Shown here one piece after another: positions 52,321 to 62,262 of a stretch of 64,000 nt of DNA; the first letter of the stretch is position 1; each line of letters opens with the position of its first letter. The stretch lies in contig CANJLC010000011.1 of assembly GCA_947475445.1 (NCBI GenBank), positions 83 to 64,082 of the forward strand. The letters run 5' to 3'. The position numbers and the translations under genes are program-made. This stretch comes from Alphaproteobacteria bacterium (GTDB taxonomy: Bacteria > Pseudomonadota > Alphaproteobacteria > Micropepsales > Micropepsaceae). A model generated the notes under the pieces. It had not been told where the DNA came from. It searched no databases and was given only the letters and a program-made list of their open reading frames with translations.

Positions 52321-53061
52321 TACCGCCGCCTCAAGGCCCGCATCGAGCAGCTGGTCGCCGACCAGCGCTACAATTTCATGTTTGGCGGCCTGACGGTGCA
52401 GGACACCATGACATCGGTGCTCAGCCGGCTGTTCCGCATTCCCAACGAGGGCAAACCGATCTCGGTGATCGACCTGTCCACCGTGCCGCACGAAATCCTG
52501 GACGTTGTGATCTCCGTGATCTCCCGCCTTGCGTTCGATCTGGCGGTATGGAGCAAGGGCGGCCTGCCCATGCTGCTGGTGTGCGAGGAAGCGCATCGCT
52601 ATGCCCCCGCCAATGACGGCAAATTCGTTCCCACCCGCCAGGCCCTGGGCCGCATCGCCAAGGAAGGGCGCAAATACGCCATCTCGCTGGCGCTGGTGAC
52701 ACAGCGTCCGTCCGAGCTGGACAGCACCATCCTGTCTCAGTGCAGCACCGCGATCGCCCTGCGCCTGTCCAGTGAAAAGGACCAGCAGGTCATTCGCGGC
52801 AGTACCTATGAAGGCATGCTCGACCTGATCGATTTCCTGCCGCTGCTGGGCGATCGCGAGGCGCTGATCCTGGGGCAGGGCGTTTCCATGCCAATGCCCA
52901 TGCGCATTCGTTTCGACGAACTCAGTGGCAAGCGTCCCAAGAACATGAATGTCGGCTTCTCCAAATCCTGGAAAAGCCAGAACATTGACCGCGACATGCT
53001 CGACACCATTGTGTCGCGCTGGCGTACCGCTGGTCGCGAGCGCCCGGAAGACAAGTTCTAG
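52321..53061 (+). pseudogene. C-terminal half of a HerA/DUF87-like ATPase (Walker A region missing)
   Basis: YRRLKARIEQLVADQRYNFMF...GKPISVIDLSTVPHEILDVVISVISRLAFD...LLVCEEAHRY (Walker B)...RIAKEGRKYAISLALVTQRPSELD. No P-loop anywhere upstream. The frame closes at TGA 52189. Confidence 0.55.
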
Positions 53062-53068
53062 GCCGGCG

Positions 53069-53938
53069 TTATTTCGGGATTGGAATGGCGACTGCGCGGT
53101 TGTTGGCGCGTTCGCCAATCCACAAGGTATCGCCGACCGGCTCCACCGCCGTCGGCGTGCCCAGGCCTTCCTTCAACACGGTGATATGCGCCTTGTCGCC
53201 AGCAATGGTGACAAGGTCCACCTTTCCGACACGATTTTCGGTCATGAACATCTTGCCGCCTGCGGCGCGCATGCCGTCCGGCGCCGAAACCGGCTGGTCC
53301 ATCCAGATATCGATTGGCGCGCCAGCCTTGCCGCTGGAATCAAGGGGAATGCGGTAGAGGTTGTTGGTGGTGACCGTGTTCACGTAGAGCACGCCGTCCA
53401 GGAAGGTGATGCCGTCAACGCCGATCAGAGTGCGGTTTTCGATCAGCAGTTCGGCATCCGCGGCGCCCGGCTTCAGGCGATAGATGCGGCCATTGGCAGT
53501 ATCGGTGATGTACAGGGCCTTGTCGGCGCCCACCGTAAAATCGTTGCAGGTGTTGGCGTCGCCCGGCAGCGCCCAGCGGAATTTCGCCGCCCCGCTGCCA
53601 AGGTCGAACCCCCGCAGAAAGGTGCGGCGCTGCGTGGTGCCCGGCACCGCGGTGATCTGGCAGGCCCAGAGCGTGTTGCTGCCGGCATCGGCCAGCACGC
53701 CCAGAAAGGTGCCTCCGCCGTCATTGGTAACGTCGATGAATTTCTCGGCCACCGTCGCGCCCTGCGCGGCGCGGAAGATGAAGGGCAATCCGGCACTGCC
53801 CATGATCAGCGCCCCGCCGGGCGCCATGGTGATGCTTTCCGGCGCCGCCTTGGGATCGTTGATGGTGATCTCGGCGGGCTGGGCAATGGCGACGGCAGGC
53901 AGAAGCGCGATGATGGCGGCAAAGGCAAGACGGTTCAT
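53069..53938 (-). CDS. secreted beta-propeller (SMP-30/gluconolactonase/NHL-like) protein
   Basis: MNRLAFAAIIALLPAVAIAQ signal peptide, and repeated ...ALYITDTANGRIYRL..., ...GVLYVNTVTTNNLYRI.... Confidence 0.6.
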   Translation of the reverse strand: MNRLAFAAIIALLPAVAIAQPAEITINDPKAAPESITMAPGGALIMGSAGLPFIFRAAQGATVAEKFIDVTNDGGGTFLGVLADAGSNTLWACQITAVPGTTQRRTFLRGFDLGSGAAKFRWALPGDANTCNDFTVGADKALYITDTANGRIYRLKPGAADAELLIENRTLIGVDGITFLDGVLYVNTVTTNNLYRIPLDSSGKAGAPIDIWMDQPVSAPDGMRAAGGKMFMTENRVGKVDLVTIAGDKAHITVLKEGLGTPTAVEPVGDTLWIGERANNRAVAIPIPK

Positions 53939-54002
53939 GGTATCCTCCAGGGCGTTGGCGCGATCTTAACGCCGGATCGCCGGCCGGATAGTGGGCCGCG
54001 CC

Positions 54003-54611
54003 CTACCGCGCCGCAATGGCGGCGGCCGCCGCCAGCTTGTGCCGCGCCTGCCAGGGCGCTCCGGCAGACTTGCCCAGGGTACGAAGAACAGCGTCGAGTT
54101 CGCCGCCCTTGATCTTTGATGACGCGTCGGCAGGTACCTGATCGCGTTCGTACCAATGCACCTTCCATCCGCGCGCCATTGCCGCCATGGCGAGCGCCTG
54201 CCGGTACAGGATGGAGTCCGCCTGGGTCTGGGCGCGATTGTCGGCGATCCTCTTTTCAATGGTCGGCGGCAGCTTGGCGCAGGCGCGAAACGCAATGCCG
54301 CCAATCGGCATGGCCACCGCGCCCGCCAGCACCTCAAGCGCCTTCCGCGCGCCTCGCGCGGCTTCTTTCTAGACGCGCTTGATGAGCGCTATCGCCTCGG
54401 GGAGGAAAATGGGCTTTGCCCAGGGGCTGGCGAGGTAGCGGCCGACCGCCCAGGCGCCTTCATGATGATAGGGGTGCGTCGGCAGACCCTGGGTCAGCTC
54501 AATGCTGCGGCGATCCAGCAGGCGGCCGTCCGGGGCCAGGGTGACAAGCACCGCCGCGTTGCCATGCTCGGCAACGCCGACAATCGTTTTTTGCTGCTTT
54601 TTCGCGGCCAT
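54003..54611 (-). pseudogene. hypothetical protein split by a single in-frame TAG
   Basis: MAAKKQQKTIVGVAEHGNAAVLVTL...PEAIALIKRV TAG KEAARGARKALEVLAGAVAMPIGGIAFRAC...AAAAIAAR. Both halves are in one frame (54371 to 54332 = 39 nt). The track shows them as ORFs 54369.. and 54003..54332. Confidence 0.55.
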
Positions 54612-54646
54612 TTTGCCTGTCAAAAGGCAGGAAGGACTGGAAAAAA

Positions 54647-54721
54647 TGGCTCCCCGGGTCCGGTTCGAACGGACGACCACTCGATTAACAGTCGAGGGCT
54701 CTACCACTGAGCTACCGAGGA
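54647..54721 (-). tRNA. tRNA-Asn (GUU)
   Basis: Hand-folded cloverleaf: acceptor UCCUCGG/CCGGGGA, D arm GCUC-AGUGGUA-GAGC, anticodon loop CU-GUU-AA, T arm GUCCG-UUCGAAC-CGGAC, G73, encoded CCA. Confidence 0.9.
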
Positions 54722-54815
54722 ACAGGACGCGGTGTCTAGCGCGTCTAAATTGGCATGGCCAGAAGAAATTTTCCTCTAATTTCCGGGGCTTTGCGCACGA
54801 TTTGCCCCGGAACAC

Positions 54816-54847
54816 AAAAAAAAGAGGCCGGGTGTTAGCCCGGCCCC
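54816..54847 (-). terminator. strong intrinsic terminator downstream of tRNA-Cys
   Basis: On the - strand, GGCCGGG-CTAACA-CCCGGCC followed by TCTTTTTTTT. Confidence 0.7.
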
Positions 54848-54951
54848 AAGGCGTTGAGTAATGGTGGGGTGTCTTCAAGGAAGACGGGGGAATGATGCGC
54901 CCATACGGTTAATAAACGCTTAATTATGCTGGAACTTTTTGGGGGAAAGGG

Positions 54952-55025
54952 TGGAGGCCACGCCCGGAATCGAACCGGGGTGCGTGGATTTGCAATCCAC
55001 TACGTAACCACTCCGCCACGTGGCC
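54952..55025 (-). tRNA. tRNA-Cys (GCA)
   Basis: Acceptor GGCCACG/CGUGGCC, anticodon arm GUGGA-UU-GCA-AA-UCCAC, T arm CCGG-UUCGAUU-CCGG, U73, encoded CCA. Confidence 0.9.
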
Positions 55026-55152
55026 TCACGTCTGTCTCGAACAGGGCGGGCAGGGCCTATAACAGGATATTCGTCTTCAAAAAAGCCGCGTTGTTTCGGG
55101 CCCATGGCGCGCCTATAACCGGCCCATTCCTCCCTGGGGCCAGATTGATTCC

Positions 55153-55806
55153 ATGTCGCAGACCATGCTCGCCGCCCGTACCAACATGATCGACGCGCAA
55201 ATCCGCAGCGCCGATGTCACCGACCCGCGCATCCATGCCGCCATGGCGGCGGTCCCCCGGGAGCGCTTCGTGCCCAATAACAAGCGCGCTCTGGCCTATG
55301 CCGACGTGCCGGTGGAAATCGCCCAGGGCCGCTTCCTGCTGGATCCGCGCTCCCTGGCCAAGGCCCTGCAGCTGGCCGCGATCACCCCGCAGGACCGCAT
55401 TCTCGATGTGGGCTGCGGCACCGGTTATTCCTCAGCCGTCCTGGCGCGGCTGGGCAATTCCGTGGTTGCGCTCGAGCAGGACGCAGACCTGGTGCGCATT
55501 TCCAGCGAAGCGCTGGCCCAGGCCCAGGGCAGCATCGAAGTGACCCAGGGTTCCCTGATCGAAGGCTTCAAGATGGGTGGGCCTTATGACGTGATTTTCG
55601 TCAATGGCGCCCTGGAAGCCCGTCCCGAAACATTGCTCAGCCAGTTGGCCGAGGGCGGCAGGCTGGTGGTTTTCCTCCAGACCGGCGCCCAGGGCCGGGC
55701 CACGCTGTTCGTGCGCGAGCAGGGCCAGCTTGGCAGCCGTCCCGGCTTTGACGCCACCGTGCCGCTGCTGGCCGGGTTCAAGAAGGCCCAGGGCTTTATC
55801 TTCTGA
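55153..55806 (+). CDS. pcm: protein-L-isoaspartate O-methyltransferase
   Basis: RERFVP...YADVPVEI...ILDVGCGTGYSSAVLA (SAM motif). Confidence 0.85.
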   Translation: MSQTMLAARTNMIDAQIRSADVTDPRIHAAMAAVPRERFVPNNKRALAYADVPVEIAQGRFLLDPRSLAKALQLAAITPQDRILDVGCGTGYSSAVLARLGNSVVALEQDADLVRISSEALAQAQGSIEVTQGSLIEGFKMGGPYDVIFVNGALEARPETLLSQLAEGGRLVVFLQTGAQGRATLFVREQGQLGSRPGFDATVPLLAGFKKAQGFIF

Positions 55807-55955
55807 GTGAAAGGCCTCGCCTAACCCCCTTTGCCACCACTCCGAAGACCATTCCGGAGCAGGGGTCCACCAGGCGCCGTTAACCTAATCTTTGCGTTCT
55901 TTAGGCCACTGTCCTAGGTTTTTCTTCCCACGCGCCGCTTCGGGAGTCCTCCTGC

Positions 55956-56549
55956 ATGTCCAGTCCCCAGCATGAACCCACGATGGAGGAGATTCTCGCC
56001 TCCATCCGCAAGATCATCTCCGAGGACGCCCCGGCCGATGGCGCGCCCGGCGAGCCCGCCCCGGAGCCTATTTCCATCCACCAGGCCGAGCCCGATGTGC
56101 TGGAGCTGACCCAGGAAGTGGTCGAAACCCCCGCCCCGGCTCCCGTGCGCATGCCCGAGCCGGTGGACGATATTGTTTTTGAAGCACCGGCGCCTGCACC
56201 TGCCCCGACAGGCGGCAACGATATTTTCTCCGATCACACCCGCCAGGCGCTGGATAACGCGGTTGCCAGCATTCCTGACGAGGCCCCCGCACCGGCAGCT
56301 GCGCCCCGCCGTGCACCCGCCGCCATGGTTCCGGTGGACGGTTCCAGCGTCGAGACCGTGTTTGAGCGCGCCGTGCGCGAAAGCTTCGAGCCGGTGCTGC
56401 ACAAATACATTTCCGACAATTCCGCCGCCGTGATCGAGCAGATGAAGCCGCTGATCCGCGAATGGATGGACGAGCATTTCCCGGCCCTGCTGGAAGGCGC
56501 CGTCCGCGCGGAAGTTGAGCGTGTCGTAAAAGCGCGCGGAAAGCGCTGA
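55956..56549 (+). CDS. popZ: PopZ-like (DUF2497) polar organising protein
   Basis: N-terminal EPTMEEILASIRKIISED, a Pro/Glu/Ala-rich linker, and a C-terminal helix region LIREWMDEHFPALLEGAVRAEVERVV. Lies next to valS. Confidence 0.65.
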   Translation: MSSPQHEPTMEEILASIRKIISEDAPADGAPGEPAPEPISIHQAEPDVLELTQEVVETPAPAPVRMPEPVDDIVFEAPAPAPAPTGGNDIFSDHTRQALDNAVASIPDEAPAPAAAPRRAPAAMVPVDGSSVETVFERAVRESFEPVLHKYISDNSAAVIEQMKPLIREWMDEHFPALLEGAVRAEVERVVKARGKR

Positions 56550-56665
56550 TTCCCGTCTAACCTGCTGGGACGGGCTTGACCCGGACCCCAAAAAACCGGA
56601 AAGCCCTCTCGGGCCGGCGCGTTCGCGCGAGCGAGAGCGCCCATTAAATGAGTTCCGGTTTTTTC

Positions 56666-59299
56666 ATGTTCGACAAGACCTTCAATCCCCAGGACGTGGA
56701 AGGGCGCATTTACGCCCTGTGGCAGGATTCCGGCGCCTTCAAGCCGGGCCGCCGGCCGGACGCCGAGCCTTTCTGCATCATGATCCCGCCGCCCAATGTC
56801 ACCGGGCGCCTTCACATCGGCCACGCCCTCAACAACACGCTGCAGGATATCCTGGCGCGCTTCGAGCGGATGCGCGGCAAGGACGTGCTGTGGCAGCCGG
56901 GCACCGATCATGCCGGTATCGCCACGCAGCTGATCGTGGAACGCCAGCTGGCCGAAAAACAGATGACGCGCCTGGGCCTTGGCCGCGAAAAATTCCTGGA
57001 AGAAGTCTGGAAGTGGAAGGAAGAGTCGGGCGGCGCCATCGTGGCGCAGCAGCACCGGCTGGGCGCCAGCGCCGACTGGAGCCGCGAACGCTTCACCATG
57101 GACGAGGGGCTTTCACGCGCCGTCGTCAAGGTGTTCGTCGAGCTTTACCGCCAGGGCCTGATCTACAAGGACAAGCGCCTGGTGAACTGGGACCCGCGCC
57201 TGCAAACCGCGGTGAGCGATCTCGAGGTGGAAAGCATCGAGATGAAGGGCCATCTCTGGTACATCCGCTATCCGGTGGAAGACCAGCCGGGTGTTTTCAT
57301 CACCTTGGCGACGACGCGGCCCGAGACCTTGCTGGGCGATACCGCTGTGGCGGTGCATCCCGATGACGAACGCTACAAGGCGCTGGTGGGCAGGCATGCC
57401 GTGCTGCCGCTGACGGGCCGGCTGATCCCCATTATTGCCGACGAATATTCCGATCCGGAAAAAGGCACCGGCGCGGTCAAGATCACGCCCGGCCATGACT
57501 TCAACGATTTTGAGGTCGGCAAGCGCCACAATTTGCCGCTGATCAATATCCTCAATCGCGATGGCACCTTGAACGAGGACATGCCCGCGCCTTATCGCGG
57601 CCTGAAAACCCATGTGGCGCGCCTGAAGATCGTGGCCGATCTGGAAAGCGCCGGACTTTTGGACAAGGCCGAGCCCATCACCCATGCCGTGCCGCATGAC
57701 GAAAAGACCAAGACCGTGGTGCTGGAGCCCTTCCTCACCGAGCAATGGTATTTGAATGTGCAGCCGCTGGCTGACAAGGCCATCGCGTCAGTGGAAAAGG
57801 GCGAGACCAAATTCGTCCCCGACAATTGGGCCAATGTCTATTTCGGCTGGATGCGCAACATCCGGCCCTGGTGCATTTCGCGCCAGCTGTGGTGGGGTCA
57901 CCAGATTCCCGTCTGGTATGACGCGGACGGAAAAATTTATTGCGCCGAAACCGAAGAGGAAGCGCTAAAGCAGGCGGGCGGAAAAGCGCTCGCCCGCGAC
58001 GAGGATGTGCTCGATACCTGGTTCTCGTCGGCACTGTGGCCGTTCTCCACCCTTGGCTGGCCCGACAAGACACCCGAAGTGGCGCGATTCTATCCCACCT
58101 CCGTGCTGGTGACTGGCTTCGACATCATTTTCTTCTGGGTCGCCCGCATGATGATGATGGGCATCCATTTCCTGGGCGATGTGCCGTTCAGGACCGTGTT
58201 CATCCATAACCGCGTGCTGGACGAGCAGGGCGCGAAAATGTCCAAGACCAAGGGCAATGTGGTGGACCCGCTCACCCTGATCGACGAGTTCGGCGCCGAC
58301 GCATTGCGCTTCACGCTGGCGCTGGCGGCGGGCCAGAGCCGCGACATGCGCATTGGTCCGGCCCGGGTCGAAAGCAATCGCAACTTCGCCACCAAGCTGT
58401 GGAACACCTCGCGCTTCTGCGAGATGAATGGCTGCGTCACCGTGCCGGGCTTCGATCCCGCCGCCGTCACCCAGACCGTCAACAAATGGATCGTGACGGA
58501 AACTTCAAGCGCGGTCACCACGCTGACCAGCCTGCTGGAAGAGCTGCGCTTCAACGATGCCGCCGGCACCGCCTATCATTTTGTCTATGACATTTTCTGC
58601 GACTGGTATGTCGAGATCACCAAGCCGATCTTCCAGGGCGGCAGTGATGACGCCAAGGTCGAAACCCGCGCCACCACGGCCTGGGTGCGCGACCAGGTTC
58701 TCAAACTGCTGCATCCTTTCATGCCCTTCATCACGGAAGAGCTTTGGGCGCTGACCAGCGAGACGCCGCGCGACACCTTGCTGATCGAAGCCCCATGGCC
58801 CGCCCGCACGGACGTCTCCGGCGGCGACGTGGCAACCGCAGAAATGCTCTGGGTGATTGAACTCATCAAGGGCATCCGCTCCGTCAGGGCCGAGATGAAC
58901 GTTCCGGCCGGTGCAAAATTCGACATGCTGCTCACGGGCGCAGGCGATGGGGCAAAGGCGCGCCTGGAGCGCAATCGCGACGTCATCGCGCAATTGGCGC
59001 GGCTGACCAGCGCCGCCGCCGCCGACGCCATCCCCAAGGGTTCGGCGCAATTTGTCCTGGAAGAGGCCGTTGTGGCGCTGCCCTTGGGCGATGTCATCGA
59101 TTTCGCCAAGGAGCGGGCGCGGCTGGAGAAGGACCTCAAAAAGGCCCAGGAAGAAATCGCCCGTTTCGATGCCAAGCTGTCGAATGAGCAATTTGTCTCC
59201 AAGGCCCCGGAAGAAGTCCTGGCCGAGCAGCGCGAAAAGCGCGCGGAAGCCCAATTGCTGGCCGCGCGCCTGACCGACGCTATCGCCCGTTTGGCTTAA
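56666..59299 (+). CDS. valS: valine--tRNA ligase
   Basis: PPPNVTGRLHIGHAL (HIGH), KMSKTKGN (KMSKS), and a C-terminal coiled coil. Start at MFDKTFNP. Confidence 0.95.
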   Translation: MFDKTFNPQDVEGRIYALWQDSGAFKPGRRPDAEPFCIMIPPPNVTGRLHIGHALNNTLQDILARFERMRGKDVLWQPGTDHAGIATQLIVERQLAEKQMTRLGLGREKFLEEVWKWKEESGGAIVAQQHRLGASADWSRERFTMDEGLSRAVVKVFVELYRQGLIYKDKRLVNWDPRLQTAVSDLEVESIEMKGHLWYIRYPVEDQPGVFITLATTRPETLLGDTAVAVHPDDERYKALVGRHAVLPLTGRLIPIIADEYSDPEKGTGAVKITPGHDFNDFEVGKRHNLPLINILNRDGTLNEDMPAPYRGLKTHVARLKIVADLESAGLLDKAEPITHAVPHDEKTKTVVLEPFLTEQWYLNVQPLADKAIASVEKGETKFVPDNWANVYFGWMRNIRPWCISRQLWWGHQIPVWYDADGKIYCAETEEEALKQAGGKALARDEDVLDTWFSSALWPFSTLGWPDKTPEVARFYPTSVLVTGFDIIFFWVARMMMMGIHFLGDVPFRTVFIHNRVLDEQGAKMSKTKGNVVDPLTLIDEFGADALRFTLALAAGQSRDMRIGPARVESNRNFATKLWNTSRFCEMNGCVTVPGFDPAAVTQTVNKWIVTETSSAVTTLTSLLEELRFNDAAGTAYHFVYDIFCDWYVEITKPIFQGGSDDAKVETRATTAWVRDQVLKLLHPFMPFITEELWALTSETPRDTLLIEAPWPARTDVSGGDVATAEMLWVIELIKGIRSVRAEMNVPAGAKFDMLLTGAGDGAKARLERNRDVIAQLARLTSAAAADAIPKGSAQFVLEEAVVALPLGDVIDFAKERARLEKDLKKAQEEIARFDAKLSNEQFVSKAPEEVLAEQREKRAEAQLLAARLTDAIARLA

Positions 59300-59372
59300 A
59301 CCCTGAGGCCGGCGCGGTTGTTGAAGCTGGAATGCGTACCTGGATATCCCGGATCGCCATTTGGAGTACCCC

Positions 59373-60431
59373 ATGCCCACACTGTTCGATCCCCTGAAGG
59401 TCGGCGCCCTGACCTTGCCCAATCGCATTGTCATGGCGCCCCTGACGCGCCAGCGCGCCCAAACCGGCAGCCGTGTGCCGTCCGACCTGGCGGTGGAATA
59501 TTACCGCCAGCGGGCAAGCGCGGGCATGATCCTGAGTGAAGCCACCTCGGTCACGCCCATGGGCGTGGGCTATGCCGATACGCCCGGTATCTGGTCGGAT
59601 GAACAGACCGAAGGCTGGAAAAAGGTCACACGCGCCGTCCATGACGCGGGCGGGCTTATCCTGCTGCAGCTCTGGCATGTGGGACGTATTTCCCATCCGC
59701 TGTTTCTGAATGGCGAAACGCCCGTGTCATCCAGCGCCATCAAGCCGGCAGGCTACGTCTCGCTTGTGCGTCCGGAAACCGATTACGTTACGCCCCGCGC
59801 CCTGGCGCTGGAGGAAATTCCCGGCGTCATCGCTGACTATAAAAAGGGCGCGCAGAACGCCAAGGCCGCCGGATTCGACGGCGTCGAAATCCATGGCGCA
59901 AATGGCTACCTGCTTGACCAGTTCCTGCAGGACAAGACCAACCTGCGAACCGATGCCTATGGCGGCACCCGCGAAAAACGCGCCCGGCTGATGCTGGAAG
60001 TCACCGACGCGGTGGTGGAGGTATGGGGCGCGGACCGCGTCGGCATGCACCTGGCACCGCGCATGAACAGCCACGACATGGGCGACGGCGACGCGCTGGC
60101 GACTTTCACCAACATCGCGCGCGAACTCGGCAAGCGAAAATTGGCTTTTCTCTGCGCCCGCGAGGCGCAAAATGCAGACAGTATCGGCCCGGCGATTAAG
60201 GACGCCTTTGGCGGCGTCTATATTGCCAACGAAAGCTTCACCCGGGAAAGCGCCCAGCAGGCCCTGGCGGACGGCAAGGCCGATGCCGTGGCATTCGGCA
60301 AACTCTTCATCGCCAATCCCGACCTGCCGAAGCGATTCATGACCGGTGCGTCTCTCAACGCATGGAACAAGGGCACGTTCTATTTCGGCGGAGCATCAGG
60401 CTATACCGACTACCCGGCGCTCGCCCCCTGA
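59373..60431 (+). CDS. Old Yellow Enzyme-family alkene reductase (NADH:flavin oxidoreductase)
   Basis: LFDPLKVGALTLPNRIVMAPLTR...LQLWHVGR...GFDGVEIHGANGYLLDQF. GGAG lies before ATG 59373. Confidence 0.85.
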   Translation: MPTLFDPLKVGALTLPNRIVMAPLTRQRAQTGSRVPSDLAVEYYRQRASAGMILSEATSVTPMGVGYADTPGIWSDEQTEGWKKVTRAVHDAGGLILLQLWHVGRISHPLFLNGETPVSSSAIKPAGYVSLVRPETDYVTPRALALEEIPGVIADYKKGAQNAKAAGFDGVEIHGANGYLLDQFLQDKTNLRTDAYGGTREKRARLMLEVTDAVVEVWGADRVGMHLAPRMNSHDMGDGDALATFTNIARELGKRKLAFLCAREAQNADSIGPAIKDAFGGVYIANESFTRESAQQALADGKADAVAFGKLFIANPDLPKRFMTGASLNAWNKGTFYFGGASGYTDYPALAP

Positions 60432-60543
60432 CCGGGCCACGCAGGGCAGGGGTACGGAATTTCCAGCTTGATGGGGGCAGAGCCCAAGGCCATAGTCCGC
60501 CTCCTGCCAAGCGGGCCCTTTTCAAGTTTTTCGCGGATATCCC

Positions 60544-62259
60544 ATGCCCAGATTCGACAAATCCCGCCTGCCCAGCCGCCATGTCACGGAAGGGCCCAGC
60601 CGCGCGCCGCACCGTTCCTATCTCTATGCCATGGGCCTGACTGAGGCTGAGATCCACCAGCCGCTGGTGGGCGTGGCCAGCTGCTGGAACGAGGCCGCTC
60701 CCTGCAACATCGCCCTGATGCGCCAAGCCCAGTCGGCCAAGCGCGGCGTCAAGGAGAATGGCGGCACGCCCCGCGAATTCTGCACCATCACCGTCACCGA
60801 CGGCATCGCCATGGGCCATGAAGGAATGAAGTCCTCGCTGGTGTCGCGCGAAGTGATCACCGACTCCGTTGAACTGACCATGCGCGGCCACAGCTATGAC
60901 GCGCTGATCGGCATTGCCGGCTGCGACAAATCCCTTCCGGGCATGATGATGTCCATGCTGCGCCTCAATGTGCCATCCGTGTTCCTCTATGGCGGCTCGA
61001 TCATGCCCGGCCGCTTCAAGGACAAGGACGTCACCGTGGTCGACGTCTTTGAGGGCGTCGGCCAGCACAGCGCCGGCAAGATGCCCGAAAGCGAACTTCG
61101 CCTCCTGGAAAAAGTCGCATGCCCGGGCGCGGGCGCCTGCGGCGGCCAGTTCACCGCCAACACCATGGCCTGCGTCGCCGAAGCCATCGGCCTGGCACTG
61201 CCTTATTCCTCGGGCCCGCCCGCCGTCATCCTGGAGCGCGACGACTTTGCGCTGAAGGCCGGGCACACAGTGATGAACCTGCTGGAAAAGAATTTGCGCC
61301 CGCGTGACATCTGCACCCGCAAGGCGTTCGAGAATGCCGCCATGGTGGTGGCCGCCACCGGTGGCTCGACCAATGCAGCGCTTCACCTACCCGCCATGGC
61401 CAATGAGGCGGGCATCAAGTTCGACCTGTTCGACGTGGCCGAGATTTTCAAGAAGACGCCCTACATCGCCTCGATGAAGCCGGGCGGCAAATATGTCGCC
61501 AAGGACATGTGGGAAGCCGGCGGCATGCCCATGCTGATGCGCGCCTTGCTGGATGCCGGCCTGCTGCACGGCGACTGCATGACCGTGACAGGCAAGACCA
61601 TCGCGGAGAATTTGAAGGACATCAAATTCAACCCCGACCAGAAAGTGATCGTCTCGGTGGACAAGGCGCTCGCCCCCACCGGCGGCGTGGTTGGCCTCAA
61701 GGGCAATCTCGCCCCCGAAGGCGCCATCGTGAAGATCGCCGGTCTCAAGCACGTCAAGCACAAGGGCCCGGCCCGCGTGTTCGACTGCGAGGAAGACTGC
61801 TTTGATTTCGTCCAGGCCCGCAGCTACCAGGAGGGCGATGTGCTGGTGATCCGCTGGGAAGGTCCCAAGGGCGGTCCCGGCATGCGCGAAATGCTGTCCA
61901 CCACGGCGGCGCTGTACGGGCAGGGCGTCGAGAATATCGCCCTGATCACGGACGGGCGTTTCTCCGGCGGCACGCGCGGCCTTTGCGTTGGCCATGTCGG
62001 GCCGGAAGCAGCGGATGCAGGCCCCATCGGACTGCTCAAGGATGGCGATATTATCACCATTGACGCCGACATCGGCGAATTGTCGGTGGCGCTGTCCGAT
62101 GCCGAGCTGGCGGAACGCAGGAAAGCCTTCAAGCCCAAACCGCCATCCTTCAGGACAGGCGCGCTGGCGCGCTATGCCAGGAATGTCGGACCTGCCCGTG
62201 ACGGCGCGGTAACGACCCCGGGCGCGAACCAGGAAGTGCGCTGCTACGCCGACATCTGA
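60544..62259 (+). CDS. ilvD: dihydroxy-acid dehydratase
   Basis: [12 protein letters not shown]...[10 protein letters not shown]...[12 protein letters not shown]...[11 protein letters not shown]. Confidence 0.95.
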   Translation: MPRFDKSRLPSRHVTEGPSRAPHRSYLYAMGLTEAEIHQPLVGVASCWNEAAPCNIALMRQAQSAKRGVKENGGTPREFCTITVTDGIAMGHEGMKSSLVSREVITDSVELTMRGHSYDALIGIAGCDKSLPGMMMSMLRLNVPSVFLYGGSIMPGRFKDKDVTVVDVFEGVGQHSAGKMPESELRLLEKVACPGAGACGGQFTANTMACVAEAIGLALPYSSGPPAVILERDDFALKAGHTVMNLLEKNLRPRDICTRKAFENAAMVVAATGGSTNAALHLPAMANEAGIKFDLFDVAEIFKKTPYIASMKPGGKYVAKDMWEAGGMPMLMRALLDAGLLHGDCMTVTGKTIAENLKDIKFNPDQKVIVSVDKALAPTGGVVGLKGNLAPEGAIVKIAGLKHVKHKGPARVFDCEEDCFDFVQARSYQEGDVLVIRWEGPKGGPGMREMLSTTAALYGQGVENIALITDGRFSGGTRGLCVGHVGPEAADAGPIGLLKDGDIITIDADIGELSVALSDAELAERRKAFKPKPPSFRTGALARYARNVGPARDGAVTTPGANQEVRCYADI

Positions 62260-62262
62260 ACG

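Noticed and set aside
52321-53061. HerA-like ATPase as evidence of an active anti-phage or conflict system.
   Set aside because: Only the C-terminal half is present, with no Walker A. No nuclease, SIR2 or other partner gene is adjacent, and the fragment abuts another gene stub. It is treated as a relic.
54908-54923. Perfect CtrA-type box TTAA-N7-TTAAC (- strand) as a cell-cycle regulated promoter.
   Set aside because: It is a single occurrence in an AT-rich patch inside a tRNA trailer with no protein-coding gene downstream. A 9-nt specified motif is expected by chance at roughly this frequency in 128 kb of two-strand sequence. It is mentioned only as context for the sRNA idea.
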